From Flavobacteriales bacterium (GTDB lineage Bacteria > Bacteroidota > Bacteroidia > Flavobacteriales_D > JBKBNH01), in assembly GCA_046295395.1 (NCBI GenBank), contig JBKBNH010000002.1, forward strand, positions 163,584 through 227,583: DNA of 64,000 nucleotides. The letters run 5' to 3'. How positions within the stretch are numbered: the stretch's first letter is position 1; each line of letters starts with the position of its first letter. Below the pieces are notes generated by a model, which was not told where the DNA came from, ran no database searches, and saw nothing but the letters and a program-made list of their open reading frames with translations. Of the stretch, positions 48,016 to 57,808 are shown in pieces. The position numbers and the translations under genes were made by a program.

Positions 48016-49029
48016 ATGTTGCCTTTTAGAATTGCACTAATTACTGTTTTGCTTTTTGCTTGTAAAAAAAATAAGCCGGACGAACCACAACCCGCTTTTC
48101 GTGGGTTTGTGGCGCCCGGTCATTTTCCAAGCCCGGTTTATAATTTCAACAACAACCCTGTTACCGGACCAGGGCTTGAGTTGGGTAGAAAACTGTTTTA
48201 CGACCCCTTCCTTTCCAAAGACAACACAGTGTCTTGTGCTAGTTGCCATTTTCAAAGCGAAGCATTTTCTGACCCCGGAATGATGGTGAGCATGGGGGTA
48301 GATGGAAAAGTTGGAGCCAGAAATTCGCCTGCCCTTTTTAACCTTGCCTGGCATAGTTCCTTTATGTGGGATGGCGGAATAAATCATATAGAAATAATGC
48401 CTTTGGCGCCGATTACGGATTCCCTTGAAATGGATATTTCTATAGTTGATTTGCTGCAAAAATTAAATAATCATCCGCAATATCCGGCATTATTCAAAAA
48501 GGCCTTTAATGTTGACATTATTGATGATCAAAAGCTTTTTTATGCGCTTACTCAGTTTATGGGAATGTTGATTTCGGCCAACTCGAAATACGACCGCTAC
48601 GTGAAAGGAGTGGGCTCTTTTACACAGGCCGAAAAAAACGGGTACGACTTGTTTCGGCTACATTGCGAATCATGCCATAAGGAGCCTCTATTCACCTCTC
48701 ACCAATTTGAAAATAACGGACTAGATAATGTTTTTTTCGACCTGGGCAGAATGAGAATTACGTTGTTACCCCAAGACGAGGGGAAGTTTAAAATACCCAG
48801 CCTTCGAAATGTAGCGCTTACTTATCCCTATATGCACGATGGCAGATTTGCCAGCTTAGACCAGGTGCTAGACCACTACGCTTCAGGAATAAAGCAAAGT
48901 GCCACACTGTCTCCAAAACTTCAACAAGGCATTCCTCTTACTAATCAGGAAAAGGACGAGCTTAAGCAATTCCTGTACACCTTAACCGACCACCAGTTTG
49001 TTACAAACCCAAGATTTTCGCAACCATAA
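48016..49029 (+). CDS. Di-haem cytochrome c peroxidase family enzyme (MbnH/MauG-like)
   Basis: Two c-type haem motifs, CASCH (aa about 75) and CESCH (aa about 218). Lipoprotein-type signal (LFAC). About 337 aa, typical of bacterial CCPs. Confidence 0.8.
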   Translation: MLPFRIALITVLLFACKKNKPDEPQPAFRGFVAPGHFPSPVYNFNNNPVTGPGLELGRKLFYDPFLSKDNTVSCASCHFQSEAFSDPGMMVSMGVDGKVGARNSPALFNLAWHSSFMWDGGINHIEIMPLAPITDSLEMDISIVDLLQKLNNHPQYPALFKKAFNVDIIDDQKLFYALTQFMGMLISANSKYDRYVKGVGSFTQAEKNGYDLFRLHCESCHKEPLFTSHQFENNGLDNVFFDLGRMRITLLPQDEGKFKIPSLRNVALTYPYMHDGRFASLDQVLDHYASGIKQSATLSPKLQQGIPLTNQEKDELKQFLYTLTDHQFVTNPRFSQP

Positions 49030-49940
49030 TGAAATACATAATCACCACCTTTTTTTTCTTAATTTTTGTAAATAGCACCTCTGCTTGCGATGTGTGTGGT
49101 TGCTCAGCTGGGGGAAGTTATTTGGGAATATTGCCACAGTTTCAGAAAAATCTTTTTGGTATGCGCTATAATTACCAAACGTTTTCTCATCCCAATAGCG
49201 AAACCAGTTTTAATGGGGCGAGCAAGGCATTAAGTGATGAGTTTCATAATACGGATACCTGGGTGAGGTATTACCCGAGCAATCGAATTCAGTTGCTAGC
49301 TTTTGTGCCCTACAAGGTTCGCCAGCGTGTTGAAACTGAAAAAACAACAACCATACATGGGTTGGGCGACATAAGTTTTTTACTTAATTATGTATTGATT
49401 AATACCGGAGACAGCACCCACAAAGCCTGGAAAAACACCTTGTTAGTAGGGGGAGGCGTGAAGTTGCCAAATGCAAAATACCGCCAGCGAGATGCAAAAA
49501 AACAGTTGTTGCCCGCCGCATTTCAATTGGGAACAGGGGCTTATGCTTACACATTGGGAGCAACTTATACTACGCGATACAGAAACTGGGGGCTAAATAC
49601 GGATGCATACTACCGCATACAAACCGAAAACGAGTCAACTTATCAGTTTGGAAACCAATTTTCCGCATCAGCCGCTCTTTTTTACTGGAAAAACAAAGGA
49701 AAAACAACTATTTTGCCTCATGCCGGTGTTCAATACGAATCCTTTGATAAGGATTATGAATGGGCTTTTGTAAAGCCATACACCGGAGGCAGTTTGCTTA
49801 TGAGTAGTATGGGTATAGACCTTTACCACAAAAGAGCAGTATTTAGTTCTTCTTTTCAAATTCCTATGGCTCAGCAAATACCGTCTAATCAGCCTGCACC
49901 ACAATGGCGGGCATCGGTTGGATTGGCCGTCTTGTTCTGA
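49029..49940 (+). CDS. Outer-membrane beta-barrel protein with an N-terminal CxxCxC motif
   Basis: Signal peptide ending STSA, immediately followed by CDVCGCS. The rest is beta-strand-like with aromatic alternation and a C-terminal F. Its start overlaps the MbnH-like stop. Confidence 0.5.
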   Translation: MKYIITTFFFLIFVNSTSACDVCGCSAGGSYLGILPQFQKNLFGMRYNYQTFSHPNSETSFNGASKALSDEFHNTDTWVRYYPSNRIQLLAFVPYKVRQRVETEKTTTIHGLGDISFLLNYVLINTGDSTHKAWKNTLLVGGGVKLPNAKYRQRDAKKQLLPAAFQLGTGAYAYTLGATYTTRYRNWGLNTDAYYRIQTENESTYQFGNQFSASAALFYWKNKGKTTILPHAGVQYESFDKDYEWAFVKPYTGGSLLMSSMGIDLYHKRAVFSSSFQIPMAQQIPSNQPAPQWRASVGLAVLF

Positions 49941-50036
49941 TAATTATTTATCGGGGGCATCCATTCGTTATTCGGTTATAAAAAAGACCCCTTATTGCTT
50001 AACTTTGCAGAGTTGTTTTATCATTAAATTCTTTAT

Positions 50037-50447
50037 ATGCGTATATCAATTCTATTCCTAGCCGTATTATTTGTGGGCTGCTCTTCTCTAGAAAGCAACA
50101 ATGAATTAAATCAAGTTGAGAATAAGCCCGAAGTGCAGTCAGCCATACAGCAAAACAAAGAAGTTAGCCCAGATGGACCTTTTAAATTGCATTATCCCGA
50201 CGGCAAACTAAAGATAGAAGGTGTAATTACAGCCGGGAACAGAGATGGTGCATGGACATCTTACCACCCCAATGGGGTAAAAGCCAGTGAAAACCATTAT
50301 GTTTTAGGGCAATTAACCGGAAAAACCACTGCTTGGCACGAGAACGGACTATTGTTCTATATCGGGTATTATAAAAATGGGAATAAAGTCGGAAAATGGA
50401 TCTTCTTTGATAAAAACGGAGAGCCGGTTAGCGAAGAAACTTACTAA
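50037..50447 (+). CDS. MORN-repeat (YwqK-family) lipoprotein
   Basis: Lipobox FVGCSS. Repeats HYPDGKLKIEG...YHPNGVKASE...WHENGLL...YYKNGNKVGKW. Confidence 0.65.
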   Translation: MRISILFLAVLFVGCSSLESNNELNQVENKPEVQSAIQQNKEVSPDGPFKLHYPDGKLKIEGVITAGNRDGAWTSYHPNGVKASENHYVLGQLTGKTTAWHENGLLFYIGYYKNGNKVGKWIFFDKNGEPVSEETY

Positions 50448-50462
50448 TTCGAACCTAGGTAA

Positions 50463-51149
50463 CTAATCAGCAAGCACTTCATTTTCGTCCTTTTTTTCAG
50501 GCTCAATCGATGGATTTGAGTTTTCTAATTCCGGTTCATCTGTCGTTTTCACGGATTCTTGACGGCGCTTAAAGTACGAGCGTTGTTTAATAAAAATAAT
50601 ACCTATACCTAGGGTAATGGCGCTATCGGCGATGTTAAATATGGGGGGGAATACTTCGCCGCCGCCCAACCAAGGAACCCACTGAGGCCAGGTAAGGTCT
50701 ATGTGGAGCATATCTACTACATTTCCGGTAAGAAACCCGGCATATCCACCCCCTTCCGGCAGAAATTGAGCGGTTATAACGTAGCTGTCGCTGAATAAAA
50801 TGCCATAAAACGCAGAGTCGATTATGTTGCCAACAGCCCCGGCAAAAACCAAAGAAACACAAATAACAAGTCCTTGTGGGGCGCTTTCGCGAATCAATTT
50901 GCGGATATACCAAGCAATGGCAACTGCGGCAAAAATTCGGAATACACTTAAAAAGACCTTGCCGTATTCACCGGCAAATTCCCACCCGAAGGCCATCCCT
51001 CGGTTTTCAATAAAGTGAATTTTAAACCACCCCCAATCTAATCCTACTTCTCCGATAACCAACTTGGTTTTTACCCAAATCTTTACCGCTTGATCGACAA
51101 AGAGAATAAGGAAAATGGTTAGCAGCGAAAGTTTCGCGCTCTTGCTCAT
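50463..51149 (-). CDS. lspA: Lipoprotein signal peptidase II
   Basis: Four TM segments. Conserved NRGMAFGW and IADSAIT motifs. Acidic C-terminal tail. Confidence 0.85.
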   Translation of the reverse strand: MSKSAKLSLLTIFLILFVDQAVKIWVKTKLVIGEVGLDWGWFKIHFIENRGMAFGWEFAGEYGKVFLSVFRIFAAVAIAWYIRKLIRESAPQGLVICVSLVFAGAVGNIIDSAFYGILFSDSYVITAQFLPEGGGYAGFLTGNVVDMLHIDLTWPQWVPWLGGGEVFPPIFNIADSAITLGIGIIFIKQRSYFKRRQESVKTTDEPELENSNPSIEPEKKDENEVLAD

Positions 51150-51538
51150 TACTGCTCTCTTTTAGCTTCTATACTTAAAGTTGCGTGGGGCACCAAACGA
51201 AGTCTTTCCTTTGGAATAAGCTTTTTGGTTACTCGGCAAATTCCATAGGTTTTATTCTGAATGCGGATTAGTGCATTTTCAAGATTCATAATAAACTTTT
51301 CCTGACGTGCAGCCAACTGAGCAGTTTCTTCTCTCGAAAGCGTTTCAGAGCCATCTTCCATCATCTTAAAAGCTGCGCCGGTGTCATCGGTGCCGTTATA
51401 ATCGCTGTAAGAAAGCGTGCTTTTAAGCATTTCGTAATCTTCGCGAGCCTCGGTCAGTTTTTTTTCTATTAATTCTTTAAACTCAGCCAAATCAGCATCA
51501 CTGTATCTTGTTTTTTCTTTTTCGTCTGTTTTTGCCAT
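51149..51538 (-). CDS. DksA/TraR-family regulator (Cys-poor Bacteroidota variant)
   Basis: Coiled-coil N-terminus. C-terminal YGICRVTKKLIPKERLRLVPHATLSI resembling the DksA C4 region with the cysteines replaced. Conserved ileS-dksA-like-lspA gene order. Confidence 0.55.
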   Translation of the reverse strand: MAKTDEKEKTRYSDADLAEFKELIEKKLTEAREDYEMLKSTLSYSDYNGTDDTGAAFKMMEDGSETLSREETAQLAARQEKFIMNLENALIRIQNKTYGICRVTKKLIPKERLRLVPHATLSIEAKREQ

Positions 51539-51550
51539 AATCGTATCGTA

Positions 51551-54500
51551 TTAAATTGCTTTTTCTATTTCTATGGAGGTAAGAACGCCTTCTTCAACCT
51601 CTACTTCCTGAGCGTTTTCGCCTGTGGTTTCTACTAATTCCAGTGAACTCGCCAAGGTTTCCGAACAAATATAATTTAAATTATTATTGATAGCACCTTC
51701 AATGGCATTATGATTTTTAATTTTTAGCAGAATTTTATCGGTTACCTCCAATCCTAAGTCTTTTCTGAAGTTTTGTATCCTGTTTACAAATTCTCGGGCT
51801 ATTCCTTCGTCCTTAAGTTCGGGAGTAATGGTTATGTCCATTGCCACGGTTAAGGCATTTTCGGAAGCAACCAGCCATCCCGGTATGTCATCGGTAGTAA
51901 TTTCCACGTCTTCCGGCTCTAGGTTAACGTTTTCGCCGCCTACAGTCAATTGGTAGCTCTGTTCACGCTCCAGTTTCAAAATATCGTCCTGAGTAAATGC
52001 GTTTACCCGAGCGGCAATACTCTTCATTAATTTGGCATACTTTGGCCCAAGTGTTTTAAAATTAGGCTTTATTCGTTTTACCAATACGGCCGAAGAATCT
52101 TCCAAAAGCTCTAGTTCTTTCACATTTACTTCGGTCAATATCAAGTCCTTTACCTTCGAAATTTGCTCTGCAAAAGTTTGGTTTAAAACCGGAATCATTA
52201 GTTTTTGCAGGGGTTGGCGAACGCGGATTTGTTCTTTTTTTCTTAAACTAAGAACCAATGAGCAAACCTGTTGCGCAATATTCATCCGCTGCTCCAAGTC
52301 GACATCTATTGCATTTTTGTTTACCGAAGGGAAGTCGGTGTGATGAACTGATTTAACCTTATTTTTACTTGACACCTGATTCAGGTCATTGAAAAGTTGT
52401 TCGCTATAAAATGGCGCAATGGGTGAAGAAAGCACGGCCACCGTTTCCAAGCAAGTGTACAAGGTTTGGTAAGCGGCTATCTTATCTTCGGTGTAATCTC
52501 CTCTCCAGAAGCGTTTTCTACAAAGACGAACATACCAATTACTCAGGTGGTCGAGTACAAAATCCTGAATTTCGCGAGCCGCTTTTGTAGGCTCATATTC
52601 TGCATAATGCCTGTCTACCGATTTTATTAGCGAGTTTAATTTTGAAATAATCCAACGGTCAATTTCTTGGCGCTTTTCCATTGGAATATCTGCCTCGCTG
52701 TAAGAGAAATTATCCAAGTTGGCATACAGCGCAAAAAACGCATACGTATTGTGCAGCGCACGGAACATTTTGCGTTGGGTTTCGCTTATTCCTTCAAGGT
52801 CGAACTTTAGGTTGTCCCAAGGTTGGGCGTTGGAAATCATATACCAACGGGTGGCATCTGCACCGTAGGTTTTCAATGTTTCGAAAGGGTCTACAGCGTT
52901 GCCAAGGCGTTTCGACATTTTTTGCCCGTTTTTGTCCAATACCAGTCCGTTGGACACTACATTTTTATAGGCAACATTATCGAAACAGAGTGTTGCAATG
53001 GCGTGCAGTGTGTAGAACCACCCCCGGGTTTGGTCAACTCCTTCGGCAATAAAATCGGCAGTTTTTCCGGCAATTTCCACCCATTCTTTGTTTTCGAACG
53101 GATAGTGCCACTGTGCATAAGGCATCGCTCCCGAGTCGAACCACACATCAATAAGGTCTAATTCGCGTTTGAGCGGATTGCCCTTTTCAGAAACCAGTAT
53201 GATATTGTCAACGTGTGGGCGGTGCAAATCAAAGCGGTTGTAGTTTCTTTCCGAAAAATCTCCGGGAGCAAAATCAGCCAACGGATTTTTATCCATAAGT
53301 CCGGCTTTAACGGACTCATCACACTCTTTTTTGAGTTCTTCCATTGAACCGATACATTTTACTTCGCCTAGTTCGTTGCGCCAAATGGGAAGCGGAATAC
53401 CCCAAAATCGAGAACGGGAAAGATTCCAGTCGTTGGCGTTTTCCAGCCAGTTGCCAAAACGCCCCGTGCCGGTGCTTTCGGGTTTCCAGTTGATGGTTTT
53501 GTTTAGTTCGGCCATACGCGCTTTTACTTCTGTGATTTTTATAAACCACGAATCGAGCGGATAGTACAACACGGGCTTATCTGTGCGCCAACAATGCGGA
53601 TAGCTGTGCTCGTATTTTTCTTTTTTAAAGAGTTTGCCTTCGTTTTGCAACTTGAGTATAATTCGCTCGTCCACGCTTAGGTAAGACAGCTTACTGGTGT
53701 CGCTGATGATTCCCTGCAAGGACTGTTTTTGCTTTTCCAACTCGGCAGTTTTTTCTTTTTCGGCGAGGTAGGCTTCTTTCACGGGTTCGCCTCCCAGTCC
53801 GAAAACAGAATCCTGAATTTGTGAAACAAATCTTCCGCGCAAATCAACCAAAGGCACTAGGTTGCCTTTGTCGTCTTCAACAAGCATTGGCGGCACTCCA
53901 GCCTCTCGGGCTACGCGCATATCGTCTGCACCAAAGGTGGGGGCAATGTGCACAATACCGGTACCGTCTTCGGTGGTAACAAAATCTCCGGCTATTACCC
54001 GGAAGGCTTTTTCGGGATTTTCGACAGGCTGGGCGTAAGGAAGGAGTTGCTTATAAGACAATCCAATCAGGTCGCCGCCTTTAAATTCCTGAAGTATTTT
54101 GAAAGGAATTTTTTTATCAACGGATTGATATGTTTCAAACTCTTCATCCGATTGGGCCTCGGCGTATTTTCCACTAAGCTGCTTGGTAACCAAGGCTTTT
54201 GCCAAGATTATTTTTATGCGTTTGTGGTCGTATTGGTTAAATGTGTCCACCAATACATAGTCTATGTTGTTTCCAACGGCTAACGCCGTATTTGAGGGCA
54301 ATGTCCAAGGGGTTGTAGTCCAAGCTAACAGATGCGTGCCCTCTAAATCTGCCTTGGAGGAGCCACCTATTTTAAACATCGCCACGGCACTTGTATCTTT
54401 CACGTCGCGGTAGCACCCGGGTTGGTTTAACTCGTGCGAACTAAGCCCTGTGCCCGCAGCCGGGGAGTAAGGCTGTATGGTGTAGCCCTTGTAGAGCAAT

Positions 54501-55015
54501 CCCTTTTCGTGAATTTGCTTCAGCAGCCACCATACGGTTTCTATATACTTGTTTTCGTAGGTAATATAGGGGTTTTCCATATCTACCCAATAGCCCATTT
54601 TGTGGGTTAGGTCGTTCCACACATCTGTGTATTTCATCACCGCTTTGCGACAGGCATCGTTGTATTCGGCTACAGATATTTTTTTCCCAATGTCTTCTTT
54701 GGTAATGCCCAATTCCTTCTCCACACCAAGTTCTACGGGTAGCCCGTGGGTATCCCAGCCGGCCTTACGGTTTACCTGATAGCCTTTAAGCGTTTTATAC
54801 CGACAAAAAATATCTTTTATCGTACGCGCCATCACGTGGTGAATGCCGGGCATACCGTTGGCACTGGGAGGGCCTTCAAAAAACACAAAAGGCTCGGCTC
54901 CCTCACGAATCGCCACACTTTGCTCAAATGTTCTCTCCTCTTCCCATTTCCTCAGCACCTGCTCGGCCACATTAGGCAATTCCAGCGATTTGTATTCGGT
55001 ATATTTCTTTTGCAT
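51551..55015 (-). CDS. ileS: Isoleucine--tRNA ligase (type 2)
   Basis: PSANGMPGIHH (HIGH). KMSKR (KMSKS). CP1 editing domain. 1154 aa. Confidence 0.95.
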   Translation of the reverse strand: MQKKYTEYKSLELPNVAEQVLRKWEEERTFEQSVAIREGAEPFVFFEGPPSANGMPGIHHVMARTIKDIFCRYKTLKGYQVNRKAGWDTHGLPVELGVEKELGITKEDIGKKISVAEYNDACRKAVMKYTDVWNDLTHKMGYWVDMENPYITYENKYIETVWWLLKQIHEKGLLYKGYTIQPYSPAAGTGLSSHELNQPGCYRDVKDTSAVAMFKIGGSSKADLEGTHLLAWTTTPWTLPSNTALAVGNNIDYVLVDTFNQYDHKRIKIILAKALVTKQLSGKYAEAQSDEEFETYQSVDKKIPFKILQEFKGGDLIGLSYKQLLPYAQPVENPEKAFRVIAGDFVTTEDGTGIVHIAPTFGADDMRVAREAGVPPMLVEDDKGNLVPLVDLRGRFVSQIQDSVFGLGGEPVKEAYLAEKEKTAELEKQKQSLQGIISDTSKLSYLSVDERIILKLQNEGKLFKKEKYEHSYPHCWRTDKPVLYYPLDSWFIKITEVKARMAELNKTINWKPESTGTGRFGNWLENANDWNLSRSRFWGIPLPIWRNELGEVKCIGSMEELKKECDESVKAGLMDKNPLADFAPGDFSERNYNRFDLHRPHVDNIILVSEKGNPLKRELDLIDVWFDSGAMPYAQWHYPFENKEWVEIAGKTADFIAEGVDQTRGWFYTLHAIATLCFDNVAYKNVVSNGLVLDKNGQKMSKRLGNAVDPFETLKTYGADATRWYMISNAQPWDNLKFDLEGISETQRKMFRALHNTYAFFALYANLDNFSYSEADIPMEKRQEIDRWIISKLNSLIKSVDRHYAEYEPTKAAREIQDFVLDHLSNWYVRLCRKRFWRGDYTEDKIAAYQTLYTCLETVAVLSSPIAPFYSEQLFNDLNQVSSKNKVKSVHHTDFPSVNKNAIDVDLEQRMNIAQQVCSLVLSLRKKEQIRVRQPLQKLMIPVLNQTFAEQISKVKDLILTEVNVKELELLEDSSAVLVKRIKPNFKTLGPKYAKLMKSIAARVNAFTQDDILKLEREQSYQLTVGGENVNLEPEDVEITTDDIPGWLVASENALTVAMDITITPELKDEGIAREFVNRIQNFRKDLGLEVTDKILLKIKNHNAIEGAINNNLNYICSETLASSLELVETTGENAQEVEVEEGVLTSIEIEKAI

Positions 55016-55226
55016 ACGGTGTCCGTCTTTTTACAAGGCTGCGAAAATACTTAATTCCTTGTGGTTAGAAAAAGAAATTTGAACAATTGAATGATGGATG
55101 ATGGTGAATGGGGGGTAATTAATCAACGAGTAATTAACCAGCAACTTAACACCCAATAAGATTTTTTAAACCATAGGTAATAAAAAAACTTCTTTTTAAG
55201 CATTCTTTTTTCCGATATTTGAACTC

Positions 55227-56252
55227 TTGACAGCAAACAAAAAAATATTAGTTACCGGTGGAGCTGGATTTATAGGTTCTCATACTGTTCTGGCTCTTAT
55301 AGAGGCTGGCTACTTGCCTATTGTGATTGATAATTTTAGTAATTCGCACAGCTGGATAGCTATGGAGCTGGAGAATTTAGCCGGACAGGGCATCCCTGTT
55401 TATGAGGTGGATTGTACCGACGAAAAAAAACTGGCAGCTGTTTTTGATGAGGAAGGGCCATTTGAGGGGGTAATTCATTTTGCTGCGCTTAAAGCCGTTG
55501 GAGAGTCGATAGAGCAGCCGCTAAAGTACTACAAAAACAATTTGGAGAGTTTGATTCGATTGCTGGAGCAAATGGAAAGAACCGACACTAAAAATTTGGT
55601 TTTTTCTTCTTCCTGCACGGTTTATGGATTACCTTCCATTATTCCGATTACCGAAGACGAAGAAATCAAAGTCCCCCAATCGCCCTATAGTGCTACTAAA
55701 ATTATAGGAGAGCAAATTATAAGAGATGTTGTGATTCATGGAGGGAAAATAAATGGCGTGTTACTTCGTTATTTTAATCCAATCGGGGCACACCCGTCAG
55801 GCAAAATTGGCGAATTGCCCATGGGGGTGCCAAATAACCTAGTGCCTTATGTATCACAAACAGCGGCGGGTTGGAGAGACACCATAATTATTAATGGGAA
55901 TGACTACGATACTCCTGACGGGACGTGTATAAGGGATTATATTCATGTGGTTGATTTGGCCGAAGCGCATGTAAAAGCATTGTCTTGGCTCTCGAAGGGT
56001 AAAAGCTTGGATGTTTTTAATCTAGGAACGGGAAAAGGATCAAGTGTGGAAGAAGTTATTAGCTTGTTCGAAGAAGTGTCTGAAAAAACCATTATCAGGG
56101 TTATCGGCCCCAGAAGAAAAGGAGATGTTCCGGCTATTTGGGCTAATGCGGATAAGGCAAAAACAGAACTAGGCTGGGAGGCAAAATATTCACTAAAAGA
56201 AGCTTTACACCACGCATGGCTTTGGCAAGAAAATTTAAACAAGAAAAAATGA
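55227..56252 (+). CDS. galE: UDP-glucose 4-epimerase
   Basis: TTG start. VTGGAGFIGSH. Catalytic YSATK. 341 aa. Confidence 0.9.
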   Translation: MTANKKILVTGGAGFIGSHTVLALIEAGYLPIVIDNFSNSHSWIAMELENLAGQGIPVYEVDCTDEKKLAAVFDEEGPFEGVIHFAALKAVGESIEQPLKYYKNNLESLIRLLEQMERTDTKNLVFSSSCTVYGLPSIIPITEDEEIKVPQSPYSATKIIGEQIIRDVVIHGGKINGVLLRYFNPIGAHPSGKIGELPMGVPNNLVPYVSQTAAGWRDTIIINGNDYDTPDGTCIRDYIHVVDLAEAHVKALSWLSKGKSLDVFNLGTGKGSSVEEVISLFEEVSEKTIIRVIGPRRKGDVPAIWANADKAKTELGWEAKYSLKEALHHAWLWQENLNKKK

Positions 56253-56965
56253 TAGGGCGAATACTCTTATTTTTATGCTTATTGATTCCGGGGCTACTGA
56301 ATGCTCAGGGATTGTTTAGCTATTTTAAGCTTACTGCTGATGATTCTCGCTATGAACGTTTTGATCGCCTTGCAGTTGACCTCAACTACGACAATTGGGA
56401 TAATATGCCCAACGGAGTAAACTCCCGGCTGGTTTCGCTGGGAGTAAATGCTTATTTCTACAAAGACATTCCTTTTTCCCGATATAGCAACATGGCATTT
56501 GCCATAGGGTTAGGTATAAGCAGCCACAATGTTCACCACAATTCAGAAATTGTGTACCGTATATCGCCCGAGGGAAATTCCTATACGGCGTTTGAACCCT
56601 ATCCGGATGGCTATAAATACAGAAAAAACAAATTATCAACCAGTTACCTAGAGGTTCCGGTTGAATTTCGCTTTAGAACAAAATATAAAAAAGACGACAC
56701 GCCTTACAAGTTAAGATTCAGGTTTTATCCGGGATTTAAGGCAGGATACTTGCTGAGTTCGCATGTTAAATTAAAGGACGCCGACACGAAGGTAAAGATA
56801 TACAACATCAATAACTTGATGCAGTACCGCTATGGGCCCACATTACGCCTTACTTTTCATCGTTTAAGTGTGTATGGGTTTTATTCGCTAACTCCGTTGT
56901 TTACAGAAGGCCGCGGAGATGAGGTGTACCAGTATTCACTGGGCTTGTCGCTGATGATTTTTTAA
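56216..56965 (+). CDS. Outer-membrane beta-barrel protein (OMP_b-brl_2/PorT-like), hypothetical
   Basis: Probable start MIGRILLFLCLLIPGLLNAQ at 56249, a signal peptide. Amphipathic beta-strands. C-terminal F. Confidence 0.5.
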   Translation: MALARKFKQEKMIGRILLFLCLLIPGLLNAQGLFSYFKLTADDSRYERFDRLAVDLNYDNWDNMPNGVNSRLVSLGVNAYFYKDIPFSRYSNMAFAIGLGISSHNVHHNSEIVYRISPEGNSYTAFEPYPDGYKYRKNKLSTSYLEVPVEFRFRTKYKKDDTPYKLRFRFYPGFKAGYLLSSHVKLKDADTKVKIYNINNLMQYRYGPTLRLTFHRLSVYGFYSLTPLFTEGRGDEVYQYSLGLSLMIF

Positions 56966-57370
56966 TAAAGCGAGAGAATTGTTTTCTGCGTTGCGCATGG
57001 CTTTTACTTCACTTAGGGTTTTGTCTTTAAAACCAATTAAATGAAGTATGCCGTGAATTATTACCCGGAGAAGTTCTTCCTCAAAGGGTACGTTCAGTTT
57101 TTGGGCGTTTTCTTCTACACGGTCTACGCTGATTAATAAATCCCCGGAAATGGATTTCCCTTCACAATAATCGAAAGTAATAATATCTGTATAGAAGTCG
57201 TGTTGCAGGTACTGCCGATTTATTTCAAGCAGGTATTTGTCCGAACAAAAAACCAAAGACAAGTCTCCAGTTTTTTTATAGTGTTCAGCTATTACTGCTT
57301 TTATCCAGTTTTTAATATCGGCTTTATTCTGAAGTGAAAACTTCACATCAGCGTTTTGAAATTGAATCAC
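56936..57370 (-). CDS. ybeY: rRNA maturation endoribonuclease YbeY
   Basis: HGILHLIGFKD, a zinc-binding H..H....H motif. 144 aa. Confidence 0.85.
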   Translation of the reverse strand: MIQFQNADVKFSLQNKADIKNWIKAVIAEHYKKTGDLSLVFCSDKYLLEINRQYLQHDFYTDIITFDYCEGKSISGDLLISVDRVEENAQKLNVPFEEELLRVIIHGILHLIGFKDKTLSEVKAMRNAENNSLALLKNHQRQAQ

Positions 57371-57379
57371 AGCAGGACT

Positions 57380-57799
57380 TTAGTTGTAAGAAATACTAAA
57401 TAATAGTTCAACCCGCTTCCCTTCGTCTAGAAACGTCACTTCATCGGCCAAATTTTTCATAAGAAAAACGCCTCTTCCGTTGGGTTTTTCTATGTTTTCG
57501 GGGTCGGTTGGGTCAGGAAGTTTTTCATAATCGAATCCCGGACCTTCGTCTTCTACCAAAAAGGCAAGTTTGCTGTCTTTTTGTTCAAACGAAACCGTAA
57601 CGGATTTTTCGCTTATCATTTTGTTTCCGTGGCACATGGCGTTGTTTACGGCCTCTGTCATGGCGATAAGGATATTTCCGTAATAATCTTCCTTGACGTT
57701 GAGTTCTGCACAGACCTCGTCAATCATTTTTTCTACTAAGCTTATGTTCTCAGTTTTTGTAGGAAAGCTAATGCTTTGTGCGAGTAAAGATGATTCCAT
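57380..57799 (-). CDS. RsbW/SpoIIAB-like anti-sigma regulatory Ser-protein kinase (HATPase_c_2)
   Basis: 139 aa. N box EAVNNAMCHGN. G boxes VEDEGPGF and NGRGVFLM. Confidence 0.7.
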   Translation of the reverse strand: MESSLLAQSISFPTKTENISLVEKMIDEVCAELNVKEDYYGNILIAMTEAVNNAMCHGNKMISEKSVTVSFEQKDSKLAFLVEDEGPGFDYEKLPDPTDPENIEKPNGRGVFLMKNLADEVTFLDEGKRVELLFSISYN

Positions 57800-57808
57800 A
57801 ATTAAAGT

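Noticed and set aside
51551-55015. Many 60-110-codon ORFs antisense or alternate-frame inside ileS (and similarly inside hutU, the cyclase, the PAS kinase, rnr and the large coiled-coil gene)
   Set aside because: They are embedded in long, well-supported genes. Their compositions are typical of frame shadows, and they have no motifs.
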